DNA from: Cuniculiplasma divulgatum
GTDB lineage: Archaea > Thermoplasmatota > Thermoplasmata > Thermoplasmatales > Thermoplasmataceae
Length of the DNA: 32,000 bases
Direction of reading: 5' to 3'
Assembly (NCBI RefSeq): GCF_900083515.1
Contig: NZ_LT671858.1
Span: 1,710,001 to 1,742,000, forward strand
The notes beneath the pieces are model-generated. The model was not told where the DNA came from and did not search any database. It worked only from the letters and a program-made list of their open reading frames with translations. The translations under genes were made by a program, and so were the position numbers. Below are positions 1-8,235 of the stretch, piece after piece (the first letter of the stretch is position 1; each line of letters opens with the position of its first letter).

Positions 1-1279
1 TGGTCGCAAGCATTACATTATAGGTACCATTTTTGAATTTATCTATACCTTCCCTCTGAGAACTCTGAGACATTCCCTTATCTCCTTCCCTGTTTCCCTG
101 GCCAACAAACCTGATTGCCCTAATGGTTGCTGAATTTTCTTCCAGATACTTCAAAAGAATTTCTGATGTTTTCCTGTAATGTGTGAATACCAGACACCTT
201 GACTCTGGATGTTCCTTTATTAGAAGTTCTGCCATTTCCTTAACTTTTTTGAATTTAGGGTTTTCATAATTTTCTGAGGCTGTTTTAATAAGTGTTTCCA
301 CCTGCTGAAATGTCGAATTTCTCTTCCACAGGTTCAGGGTCCTGATCAGAGACTTATCTTCTGAACTTTCCATTTCCTGCAAATAATTATTTCCTATTTC
401 TATCCCCTGTGTTTCTATGTATTCCATCAACACATCAAGTCTGATTACTGCGGTAAAATATGGAATGGATGTAAATAATGACTTGTCTCCAGAAGTTGCC
501 CTTTTTGATAGATCACGAATGTATTCACTCATCTCTGATCTTGATGCACCTTTCTTAACATAACTGAATTTCTTCTGGATCTGGTCCATAAAATCCTTCT
601 TGGTTTCCCTGAGAAGTGAAATACACTTTTCCTGTTCTGGGCTGATCCTTATGAAAACGGGTTCTGTGTCCGAACCCTTAACATAAGGAGCAATATCAGG
701 ATCTTCATCGGTTCTGATCATTACACTATTAATTTTCAGATTCTCCTTGATCTCGTCAACTTTCTCATTTTTAGAGCCTGGACTTGCGGTCATTGCAAGG
801 ATTCTCCTGTCGGGTAGATTGTGAAATTCCTTAGCCACGTTAACGTAGGCATAGTTACCAGTTGCCCTATGTGCCTCATCCACAATGAGAAGGTAAAAAT
901 TGTTCATAAAAACTATTTCACGCTTAATGTCCTTTTCCACCGTCTGAGGAGTTGATATTATGAACTGTCCTTCTGCCCATTCACTCATTCTCTTATCCAC
1001 AGGGTCATGCCCCGTAAGGCTTCTTATTTTGATATTCTGTCCTTCAAATAGCTTCGTCATAGTCTGAAAATGCTGGTCAACAAGTGGCCTTGTGGGTGAA
1101 ATCATAATGACTTTTTTGTTTTGCTTAATGTATGTATATGCCAGCATGGCAGAAACTAAAGTTTTTCCAAGTCCGGTTGGGAGTATCAGTAAAAGATTTG
1201 ATCTCAGTGCTTTCCTATATGCTTCTACCTGATATGGTCTTGGCCTGAGATCGTTAAATTCTGGTATGTCTTCGTCCAT
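1..1279 (-). CDS. hef: Hef/FANCM-type DEAH-box helicase, N-terminal helicase part. The gene continues beyond window position 1.
   Basis: I translated the minus strand from the ATG at complement 1277-1279. It reads MDEDIPEFNDLRPRPYQVEAY...LPTGLGKT (Walker A)...IVDEAHRATGNYAYV (DEAH box in the Hef-typical context)...MTASPGS and stays open to the window edge. It is absent from the ORF track because it is truncated. A TATA-like atttaaatat lies about 25 nt upstream on the minus strand (around 1300-1309). Confidence 0.8.
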   Translation of the reverse strand, partial: MDEDIPEFNDLRPRPYQVEAYRKALRSNLLLILPTGLGKTLVSAMLAYTYIKQNKKVIMISPTRPLVDQHFQTMTKLFEGQNIKIRSLTGHDPVDKRMSEWAEGQFIISTPQTVEKDIKREIVFMNNFYLLIVDEAHRATGNYAYVNVAKEFHNLPDRRILAMTASPGSKNEKVDEIKENLKINSVMIRTDEDPDIAPYVKGSDTEPVFIRISPEQEKCISLLRETKKDFMDQIQKKFSYVKKGASRSEMSEYIRDLSKRATSGDKSLFTSIPYFTAVIRLDVLMEYIETQGIEIGNNYLQEMESSEDKSLIRTLNLWKRNSTFQQVETLIKTASENYENPKFKKVKEMAELLIKEHPESRCLVFTHYRKTSEILLKYLEENSATIRAIRFVGQGNREGDKGMSQSSQREGIDKFKNGTYNVMLAT

Positions 1280-1434
1280 TCCTCAGGTACATCCTGAGAG
1301 ATTTAAATATTCTTTCCTTCCTTTGTGCCAAGTATGTGGCAGTTTTTAATTGGTATAGAACCACTTTGATATGCTATATTTTATGATAAAAACTGACTAC
1401 AAATTATAATAACTTTGATTAAATGCTGAATGAA

Positions 1435-1506
1435 GGGCCGGTAGATCAGGGGTAGATCGCTTGCTTCGCAAGCAAGAGGCCTCGGGTTCAAATCCCGACC
1501 GGTCCA
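1435..1506 (+). tRNA. tRNA-Ala, anticodon CGC
   Basis: The cloverleaf folds by hand. Acceptor GGGCCGG/CCGGTCC with a G3:U70 pair (the alanine identity element), D arm GATC-AGGGGTA-GATC, anticodon arm CTTGC-TTCGCAA-GCAAG (anticodon CGC at 1467-1469), variable loop AGGCC, T arm TCGGG-TTCAAAT-CCCGA, discriminator A. No CCA is encoded. Confidence 0.95.
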
Positions 1507-1507
1507 T
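1488..1507 (+). repeat. attL: direct repeat formed by the 3' end of tRNA-Ala
   Basis: tcaaatcccgaccggtccat here matches tcaaatcccgaccagtccat at 20701-20720 (19/20). Confidence 0.85.
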
Positions 1508-1527
1508 TTAATCTATTAATCGAATAC

Positions 1528-1534
1528 TTTTTAT
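1528..1534 (+). promoter_or_regulatory. TATA box candidate for the integrase gene (leaderless-type spacing)
   Basis: TTTTTAT is centred about 25 nt upstream of the ATG at 1556. Confidence 0.4.
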
Positions 1535-1555
1535 CCCGGCACCCGTTATGTTCTC

Positions 1556-2848
1556 ATGACCATGCAGCCGAAGTACCAGGAACTGCTTCTTGATGATGAT
1601 GTGAGAAGGTGGTACGAGAACCTCAGGGCAAAGTCGGTTCTTACTGCGACAGTTGCATTGAGGAATCTGGGCCACTATTGTGAGCTTACCCACACAAATC
1701 CAAAGGGCATATTGAATAAAGCAAGCGCCAGCGAGAAGGATTTCAGGTACGAATTCACGGATTTTGTCAGGAGGATGGAAAAGGAAGGCAAGGCAGGATC
1801 ATACATAGCGAGATTCAAGAAGGTCATTATCTCTTGGCTGAAGTTTAACGGTATTGGTTTGCAGTTAACCGTTAACATATCCGGGGAAAACGAAACACCG
1901 ACAATCGTTAACGAGAGAGTTCCAAGCAAGGAAGAACTGGGTAGAATACTCAGGAAAGCCACATCAAGAGGGAGAGTTGCCATAGCCATTATAGCGTTTT
2001 CAGGCCTCAGACCGGAATCCCTGGGAGATTACGAAGGCACAGACGGATTGAAACTTGGCGACATCAAAGAATTACGTATATCTGATGAAATACAGTTCGA
2101 AAAGACTCCTGCAATGATTGTGGTGAAGAACAAGCTGAGCAAGGCAAGGCATCAGTACTTCAGCTTCATCGGAGAAGAAGGCGCAACCTACATAAAGGAA
2201 TATCTTGAGGAGAGAAGGAAGCTGGGCGAGGAGCTGACCTACGAGTCTCCATTGTTGCAGTTCGATGTCAGAGGAGTTAAGAAGAACGCATTCCTGAGAA
2301 CCACTCTTGTTACCAGGGATATAAGGGAAGCAATAGAAAACTCAGGCCTGAAGATGCGTCCATATGTCCTGAGAGCGTATTTCTCAACGGCATTGGATAT
2401 TGCAGAGGCAAAGGGCCTGATATCCCATCCATGGAGACAGTTCATCATGGGCCACAAGGGAGACATAGAAGCCCGATACTCTACGAACAAACGGCTACTA
2501 CCTCCTGATGTAATTGAGGAGATGAGGGAGGCATACAGGAAGAGCACGAAATTCCTTGAGACCAGATACAGCGAGCTTGAGGAGGACAAGGCCCGGTTGT
2601 ATCTGCAGCAGCAACTCCTATCAGCAGTTGGCTACAAACCGGAGGAGATTGACAAAATGGATCTCACCGACATAAGCAGCGACGACTTCCAGAAGCTACT
2701 CAGGGACAAGGTCGCGGGAGCCATGGCCAGCAACGGCTCGAAACAGAGGCTTGTTCCAATGAATGAGATAGAGAAGCTCCTGAGCGAAGGATACGAGTTC
2801 CAGGCAGTTCTGCCCAACGGAAAGGCTATAATGAAAATGCCGTTTTAG
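1556..2848 (+). CDS. int: Tyrosine recombinase / integrase of the integrated element
   Basis: 430-aa ORF directly downstream of the tRNA target. The catalytic-type motifs appear in order: FSGLRPESL (Arg I), LRAYFSTAL, FIMGHKGDIEARY (His...Tyr nucleophile region). Confidence 0.85.
   Translation: MTMQPKYQELLLDDDVRRWYENLRAKSVLTATVALRNLGHYCELTHTNPKGILNKASASEKDFRYEFTDFVRRMEKEGKAGSYIARFKKVIISWLKFNGIGLQLTVNISGENETPTIVNERVPSKEELGRILRKATSRGRVAIAIIAFSGLRPESLGDYEGTDGLKLGDIKELRISDEIQFEKTPAMIVVKNKLSKARHQYFSFIGEEGATYIKEYLEERRKLGEELTYESPLLQFDVRGVKKNAFLRTTLVTRDIREAIENSGLKMRPYVLRAYFSTALDIAEAKGLISHPWRQFIMGHKGDIEARYSTNKRLLPPDVIEEMREAYRKSTKFLETRYSELEEDKARLYLQQQLLSAVGYKPEEIDKMDLTDISSDDFQKLLRDKVAGAMASNGSKQRLVPMNEIEKLLSEGYEFQAVLPNGKAIMKMPF
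2811..2848 (+). repeat. Copy 1 of a 38-bp direct repeat (the authentic 3' end of int)
   Basis: tgcccaacggaaaggctataatgaaaatgccgttttag. A 31-bp stretch is identical to 4804-4834 and the repeat is 36/38 overall. Confidence 0.9.
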
Positions 2849-3013
2849 TTGGGCTATCTAGGGGTTTCGATAAATGAAGTTAGATAGAGTTATAGGCTCT
2901 TGTTCGCATTATGCGTGAAGGTAATAAATATAATTCGATTAGCTAAACTGATAAAAGCAGAAGCCTGCGATCATTTCTATGCTCTTATGTCGCCCTAGTT
3001 AATAGGGTCAACA

Positions 3014-3022
3014 TTTTTATAA
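3014..3022 (+). promoter_or_regulatory. TATA box candidate for the cysteine-rich protein cassette
   Basis: TTTTTATAA is centred 25 nt upstream of the ATG at 3043. Confidence 0.45.
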
Positions 3023-3042
3023 CATGATTTTATTCATAAATT

Positions 3043-3684
3043 ATGAGCTGCAGTAATTGTTTTGACGCAAAGGGGAGGAAGATTACCAAAATAAGCGTGC
3101 CACACACAGAGACCTATAAGGTGGGAGCAACAAACGTAACCGAAGGAGTTACGGTTGTGCAATTTAAAGAGGGCCCTGGAGCGATCCTTAACTGGAAGTA
3201 CATTATCGAAGGAGAAACTTCATCAAATGCCTCGATTACATACGTAATACAGCATAGCGGAAAAACAATAACCAATAAATTCAGGACAAAGTACATTGAC
3301 ACAATCAACGGTAAGAAAATTGTTCATGTTGAGGGAAGCGGACTGAACTCGAACGGCAGGGTTACGACTGCTAACCAAGATGTCGCTCTCTCGAACATAA
3401 AATCGGACCCAAATACCATCGAGTGTCTTATCTGCCATGCTCTTGGAACGGTGCTCTGTACACTTCTCGCAGATGGAGTTTCTGAGGACTTGGCTTGCGA
3501 GGAGGCATCGGGTATTGTATGCCTGGAATTCATAGAAGACCCTATTGTTTATGTCGTCTGTTTTGGAGTCGTGGCATCTATTTGCGATGTTGTCCTTCAA
3601 ACGGTAGTAGATATTGGCGTTCACGTAGCGTGTGAACTTGGTGCAGATTATATATGCGAGAAAGCAATCGGTTGTTCTCTATGA
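3043..3684 (+). CDS. Cysteine-rich protein with a beta-rich N-terminal half and a ~90-aa hydrophobic C-terminal domain carrying 10 Cys (halocin C8-like framework). Candidate archaeocin precursor.
   Basis: 213-aa ORF. The C-terminus is DPNTIECLICHALGTVLCTLLADG...VCLEF...VCFGVVASICD...VACELGADYICEKAIGCSL. It is clearly paralogous to 29180-29800. I saw no N-terminal Sec or Tat signal. Confidence 0.75.
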   Translation: MSCSNCFDAKGRKITKISVPHTETYKVGATNVTEGVTVVQFKEGPGAILNWKYIIEGETSSNASITYVIQHSGKTITNKFRTKYIDTINGKKIVHVEGSGLNSNGRVTTANQDVALSNIKSDPNTIECLICHALGTVLCTLLADGVSEDLACEEASGIVCLEFIEDPIVYVVCFGVVASICDVVLQTVVDIGVHVACELGADYICEKAIGCSL

Positions 3685-3727
3685 TGTATTTAAATAGTTA
3701 CACCCATATATATAGCGAGGTAGTTCT

Positions 3728-4255
3728 ATGAGATACAGACTTGCGTTAATCGTTGTTGGGATCACAATAATATCTGTTGATACTGTAGTCTCTCTCAGAT
3801 ATCCAAAAATTCTAATTTACAGTTATTGGGGGTCCTTCCTTGGATTCTTCGTCCCCTTTGGGATTGGCCTGTCAGTTCTCCTGTATGGCATATTTAAGGC
3901 ACGTGATTATGGAATAAATCCGATTATTGGGACAATCGGATCAGGAGGCTTTACAAGAGTGATGAGACAAAATAGGATTCAGGGCACAAGAATGTGGAAA
4001 TCCGACCACGACATTCTTTCTGATCTGCCTGGGGCGGTGAAATCACCGGATGGTAAGACTGTAGAATACACTAACATGTTCATAAGAAAACCATATGGGA
4101 CAACGAAATATTCTAGAATGCTTAACGAAGCGGCGAATAAATACCTTAGCGGTGAATTAGATGAGGAGGGCTTTTACAACTACGTCGGAAAACATGGAGC
4201 GAAAGAGGAGCAAATGCTCGAATTCATTAAGAAATTCAAAAATGACTATAAATGA
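3728..4255 (+). CDS. Membrane-anchored protein of unknown function (two N-terminal TM helices plus a soluble domain)
   Basis: 175-aa ORF, 44 nt after the upstream gene on the same strand. The N-terminus is hydrophobic (LALIVVGITIISV..., FLGFFVPFGIGLSVLLYGI). Cassette 2 has no counterpart. Confidence 0.6.
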   Translation: MRYRLALIVVGITIISVDTVVSLRYPKILIYSYWGSFLGFFVPFGIGLSVLLYGIFKARDYGINPIIGTIGSGGFTRVMRQNRIQGTRMWKSDHDILSDLPGAVKSPDGKTVEYTNMFIRKPYGTTKYSRMLNEAANKYLSGELDEEGFYNYVGKHGAKEEQMLEFIKKFKNDYK

Positions 4256-4264
4256 GATGATAAA

Positions 4265-4519
4265 ATGGTTAAATTTCATCCGATAAACAAAGTAATGACC
4301 GTGGGTACCTTTCTGTTCTTCGCTTCTCTTATTGTTTTAGCTATAGGGACAATTTTTCATTCTAACGGTCCAATATTGGCAGATACTTTTCTGTACGGAG
4401 GATTAGCTTTCCTAATTTCTATCATTCTCCTGACAATAGGTGTACTCACCGGTGCACGAAGTGGTAAACTCAGACAGAGGACAGACGAGATATTTGGCAA
4501 GAAACAGAAAAGAGAATAA
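4265..4519 (+). CDS. Small two-TM membrane protein with a basic C-terminal tail. Candidate immunity or export partner.
   Basis: 84 aa. Paralogous to 29821-30072: MVKFHP vs VVKYHKP at the N-terminus, two TM segments, then SGKLRQRTDEIFGKKQKRE vs SGSRQERMRELFENSKRK. Confidence 0.65.
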   Translation: MVKFHPINKVMTVGTFLFFASLIVLAIGTIFHSNGPILADTFLYGGLAFLISIILLTIGVLTGARSGKLRQRTDEIFGKKQKRE

Positions 4520-4556
4520 GGTGTTAAAGTGAGCATTCAAGGAGCTGTAAATCCAA

Positions 4557-4781
4557 TTGCTGAGTAAATACCCACATCATTTGCTCTTTGTCATTTTAGT
4601 CTCTATCGTGACACTTATAGTCAATGTCCTTGCATTCTACACAAGGAATGTCTCTAACTATCTCTATCTTTTCGACATAGCTTATGTAATTGGAAACAGT
4701 GCCCATTTTGTTGCATTGTCCATCTCATCAAATGGCATTAGTGTTGAGGATGAAAGAGACCAAGATAGCCTTGGTTTCTGA
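4557..4781 (+). CDS. Small two-TM membrane protein (TTG start)
   Basis: 74 aa with GGAG 13 nt upstream. The N-terminus MLSKYPHH matches MVSKHVHRY of 30076-30285, and the two proteins share position in the cassette and TM architecture. Confidence 0.55.
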   Translation: MLSKYPHHLLFVILVSIVTLIVNVLAFYTRNVSNYLYLFDIAYVIGNSAHFVALSISSNGISVEDERDQDSLGF

Positions 4782-4803
4782 AACTCCTGACTAAATTGCA
4801 GGA

Positions 4804-4841
4804 TGCCCAACGGAAAGGCTATAATGAAAATGCCTTTCTAG
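4804..4841 (+). repeat. Copy 2 of the 38-bp direct repeat (relic 3' end of an integrase gene)
   Basis: tgcccaacggaaaggctataatgaaaatgcctttctag still encodes PNGKAIMKMPF-stop. The two differences from copy 1 are synonymous (ccg/cct, ttt/ttc). Confidence 0.9.
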
Positions 4842-4845
4842 AATT

Positions 4846-5475
4846 GTGCTTCTTTCTACGCCCATAGATTACCGCCTTCCCGAAGATAAGAATGCGGAGA
4901 TGGTGCTGAGGACCATTCAGGACAGAGAAAGAAGTTTTGAGAGGACTTACACCACAGACTTATACATGATGTTTTCAGACAAAATGGAGGATGAGATTAC
5001 TTCCACCAACGAGCTCAAGCACGAGTGGATCGATAAAGCCATTAAAAGGCTCAAAAAGAGAAACTTCATCGACAGAATTCAGGATGAAAAAGATAGGCGA
5101 AGGGTAGAGCTCAGAACCAGGTCCGAGGAAATATACACCCATATGATCAAAAGGGACCCCATGCTCTTCTGGAAGCTGATAGAGAAGGGTCACTTTTATT
5201 TCATAGTCAGGTTCAGGAATTCCGGTGGCAATGTGATATGCCCGGAATGCGGCCGCCGCAGGCCTCTTATTGCCGATATAACCGGCAACAGGGCCGCAAG
5301 ATACGTGGTGAATGACGATCTGCACATAGATGTAACAATCAGGCACCTTGCCATCAGATTCGACTGCGGATGCGGATATTCCTACTCGGATGAGGTTGAT
5401 ATGTTCGATCCTCTGACCGTGGAGGACTTTTCCAGACTTCATGATGCCGCAGACAACCGTCGTAATCCAGTGTAA
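4846..5475 (+). CDS. Putative DNA-binding protein: winged-helix-like middle region plus a C-terminal Cys cluster (zinc-ribbon-like). The start codon is uncertain.
   Basis: 209-aa ORF with a GTG start in the track; internal ATGs are possible alternatives. Motifs are KAIKRLKKRNFIDRIQDEKDRRRVEL and CPECG...CGCG. Confidence 0.55.
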   Translation: MLLSTPIDYRLPEDKNAEMVLRTIQDRERSFERTYTTDLYMMFSDKMEDEITSTNELKHEWIDKAIKRLKKRNFIDRIQDEKDRRRVELRTRSEEIYTHMIKRDPMLFWKLIEKGHFYFIVRFRNSGGNVICPECGRRRPLIADITGNRAARYVVNDDLHIDVTIRHLAIRFDCGCGYSYSDEVDMFDPLTVEDFSRLHDAADNRRNPV

Positions 5476-5508
5476 ATCGACGTATTATCCTGAAAGCCAT
5501 CGTTAAGC

Positions 5509-5691
5509 ATGGGAGAGCACGCCAGAAAGATTGATATTTCCGGAGTTAAAGTAGCTTTTGTGCGCAATTTTCCCTCGCATCCATTGTCAAAAATACTGCT
5601 TTCTGAGCCGGACAGCGTAACAGGTGAGGAATTGCTTGCGAAAGCCCAGACCTGGCTAGCTTTCTTCCATGGAGAGAAAGAAAATGAGTAG
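5509..5691 (+). CDS. Hypothetical small protein
   Basis: 60-aa ORF on the operon strand, overlapping the next ORF by 23 nt. I recognised no motifs. Confidence 0.3.
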   Translation: MGEHARKIDISGVKVAFVRNFPSHPLSKILLSEPDSVTGEELLAKAQTWLAFFHGEKENE

Positions 5692-6043
5692 AAGGCAGAG
5701 AGTAATTTTGGGTGAAAACGAGCCAGAATACGCAGGAACTGTCCAACCGGAGATTGTGCGTTATGAGATAGCGAATCCCCGAAAGAAGGGCACAATAGAG
5801 AGACTCCAGGAGACAATCATTGAGAACACCGTGAATCAATACGAAATCGAAGACCGGAGGCAGATAGCAGCCATACGGGATTTCATGGAGCGGAATCCCG
5901 ATATTAGTTATGTAGAATATGAGTCTAACCCCGTGTTGAGCATGGACCTTGTGATTACAAGACGTGGTCTCATATTCAAGCGTGAAGAAGCCTCGATATC
6001 GGCAACGCTCACCCCTAACAGGAGATTCAGGGCACAGAGGTGA
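5669..6043 (+). CDS. Hypothetical protein
   Basis: 124-aa ORF. Its stop lies 3 nt before the next start, consistent with operon packing. The start may instead be the ATG of MSRRQRV. Confidence 0.5.
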   Translation: MERKKMSRRQRVILGENEPEYAGTVQPEIVRYEIANPRKKGTIERLQETIIENTVNQYEIEDRRQIAAIRDFMERNPDISYVEYESNPVLSMDLVITRRGLIFKREEASISATLTPNRRFRAQR

Positions 6044-6046
6044 ATT

Positions 6047-6454
6047 ATGGAAGCCGAAGATCTGTTCACTGAGGTGTTTCCCGCCATGGCGCTGATCATG
6101 ATTATTGCGGGTTTCCTTGACCCCACATTCTGGCCAATGCTCCTTCAGTGGCTGGTATCGGGAAAGGCATTCCTGATGGTTCTTGCAGCTTCAGCATTCC
6201 TGATAGTTATTGTTGGAGGCGTTGTTCTGATCTACTATGCAATCGTTGCTCTCATCTTCATAGCGATATTTTCTATTTTTGTCCTGGCTCCCCTGTATTT
6301 TCTTTATCTGGTTCTGGGGCTCACATACTCTGTGATTCTGGGGGCTGTTGTCGGTGCCGTTATCCTGCTGTATCTCGTGGAAACCAGGACGGTGAGGATC
6401 GAGCAACACACCATAACACTCTCCGTGCACAGGAAGTACATTGTCAAAAGGTAG
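6047..6454 (+). CDS. Polytopic membrane protein (about 4 TM)
   Basis: 135-aa ORF that is strongly hydrophobic throughout and sits immediately upstream of the ATPase gene. Confidence 0.65.
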   Translation: MEAEDLFTEVFPAMALIMIIAGFLDPTFWPMLLQWLVSGKAFLMVLAASAFLIVIVGGVVLIYYAIVALIFIAIFSIFVLAPLYFLYLVLGLTYSVILGAVVGAVILLYLVETRTVRIEQHTITLSVHRKYIVKR

Positions 6455-6459
6455 ACAGA

Positions 6460-8235
6460 ATGGATAAATATTTGCGATGCGAAGACAGAAATATGCGGGA
6501 AATGGGCTTTTCCGATCTCATCAAGGCACGAAAGGTCCTATCCAGACCAATAATAGAATTGCCCATAAGGAACGAGGAAAGACTATTCTATCATCCAGAG
6601 AAAAGGCTCAAAAGGTTCACAGGTAGAACTGCAATTGCTTACGCAATAATCCCTGACGCCGAGAGAGGGAAATTCAGGAGAGAAGAATGCTCTCCAAAGG
6701 CGTCTTCCCTCGGGGACTATATCATCCACAAAGGCAACAGGAATGTGTCAATAACGGGAGTATCAGGACAGGGCAAGAGCTATCTGACCACTCACCTAAT
6801 ATCGATATTCAGCGACAAGGAGATAATCATTTTCTCATTCAAGCCAAACGACCACGAATTGCACCTTGGAATTCCGGTCATAGATGCAAAGGAGTGTCTA
6901 CCCAACCCATTCAGCGATATGAACGCCTTTTCTGAGGCATACATGACCGCATTCTTTGGTGACAAGACCTCATCCGGAATACAGCTTCAGCAGACTCCAG
7001 GATTCCTGCAGGAGCTTGCTTCCGATAGCAACAGCTGGAAGGATTTCATGAAGAGGCTGAAAGATAGGAAGAGATCTGCATCCAAGAACCAGGTGGAGGC
7101 ACTGAACGCCATAGAACAGAACGTGAAGAGCCTGGTTATCGAGGATATGGGAAGCGTAGCTCTTGATGATGGAAGTGTTGTTTTCGACTTCTCATCCTTA
7201 CCGACAAAGCAGGCTCAGAACTTCTATGCCGAGCTTGTGCTGAGGCAGATATACAGGGAAATGGAAGAGCGCAAGAGGAATGATGTTCTTATCCTGATCG
7301 ATGAAGCCCATCGCCTGACCAAGTCATATCATACAATCCTTGATGTCATGTCCCGCGAGATAAGAGACAAGGGGATGCTCTGGATCATCACACAGAACCT
7401 TATCGACATACTGCCTGAGATGAGGGCAAACTTCGGCACGAAATTTACATTCAGGCTGGGAGACTCCGATCTCAACCTTCTGTCATATAACCCGCTCATG
7501 AGATACGCCGTCGAGGTGCTGCAGCCAAGACAGTTCATTGACATAGAATTTCCTGAAGGGTCATCATTCTCGCCTGTGTTCACGTACGTTTCCAATGGTT
7601 CGGAGCACAGAGATATACAGAAGGTCGTAGCGGTGGTATCAGAGCCAGGAAGGGAAGAGGGAGCCGGAGGGAGAGGAGAGGCTATCGACTACAGGAGGGA
7701 GGCCCTGGAGATACTCAGCGACAGGATGTCCTATGCGACGGAGATGGGAAAGATGATCGCCGAGAAGTACGGCGTCACGAAGGACCAGGCAAAGCTCAAG
7801 CTGAAATCCGCTCTTGAAGAACTTAAGAACAGCAACGAGGTCGGCAGGGTAAAATACATCAGGGACGGAAAGCCAATAGTGATGTACTATTCTAGGAGCC
7901 CGAACCTCTCCAACCTACATACGGGGATGCAGAGTCAGGTCGTTGGGATACTGAACGATTTGGGCGTCAACATAAACAGGATATCCGCCACAGGTGAAAG
8001 AAGCGCATTTGACATTGAAACCGACTTCTTCATGGTAGAAATCGAGACTGGCCTGAAACACAGCATGGAAGACCTGAAAGATAGGATTCGCAACACAAAT
8101 CTGAGAGTAATAATTGTGGTTCCAAACAAAGAGCTAATGGAGAAATATACAGGATTAGGAGAGAACGTCGCTGTTGCTACCATAGACTCCATCAAGTTCC
8201 TTCTTGAGGAGCCTCAAAAGAATAGAGGCTCATAA
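6460..8235 (+). CDS. HerA/FtsK-superfamily P-loop ATPase with a C-terminal wHTH-like region and a possible PD-(D/E)xK-like module
   Basis: Walker A is ITGVSGQGKSYLT and Walker B is VLILIDEAHRL. I moved the start from 6148 (track) to the in-frame ATG at 6460 (MDKYLRCEDRN...) because 6148-6454 overlaps the membrane gene and reads as low-complexity Cys/Ser/Arg text. Confidence 0.75.
   Translation: MDKYLRCEDRNMREMGFSDLIKARKVLSRPIIELPIRNEERLFYHPEKRLKRFTGRTAIAYAIIPDAERGKFRREECSPKASSLGDYIIHKGNRNVSITGVSGQGKSYLTTHLISIFSDKEIIIFSFKPNDHELHLGIPVIDAKECLPNPFSDMNAFSEAYMTAFFGDKTSSGIQLQQTPGFLQELASDSNSWKDFMKRLKDRKRSASKNQVEALNAIEQNVKSLVIEDMGSVALDDGSVVFDFSSLPTKQAQNFYAELVLRQIYREMEERKRNDVLILIDEAHRLTKSYHTILDVMSREIRDKGMLWIITQNLIDILPEMRANFGTKFTFRLGDSDLNLLSYNPLMRYAVEVLQPRQFIDIEFPEGSSFSPVFTYVSNGSEHRDIQKVVAVVSEPGREEGAGGRGEAIDYRREALEILSDRMSYATEMGKMIAEKYGVTKDQAKLKLKSALEELKNSNEVGRVKYIRDGKPIVMYYSRSPNLSNLHTGMQSQVVGILNDLGVNINRISATGERSAFDIETDFFMVEIETGLKHSMEDLKDRIRNTNLRVIIVVPNKELMEKYTGLGENVAVATIDSIKFLLEEPQKNRGS

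Noticed and set aside
2993-3008. Palindrome CCCTAgttaaTAGGG upstream of the cysteine-rich gene as an operator.
   Set aside because: It is a single short 5-bp-arm palindrome with no second copy, and none is present upstream of cassette 2. The evidence is too weak to call.
1675-5442. Long antisense ORFs opposite annotated genes (e.g. 1675-1989, 2239-2589, 3223-3624, 4975-5442, and similarly 8664-9035, 10455-10934, 14233-14502, 16409-16759).
   Set aside because: Each lies entirely inside a motif-supported or paralogue-supported gene on the other strand and has a low-complexity, Ser/Leu/Arg-rich translation. These are shadow ORFs.
6148-6459. The N-terminal 104 codons of the track ORF 6148-8235.
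   Set aside because: They overlap the strongly hydrophobic membrane gene 6047-6454 in another frame and translate to Cys/Ser/Arg-rich text. An in-frame ATG at 6460, 5 nt after the membrane gene stop, gives a sensible ATPase start.
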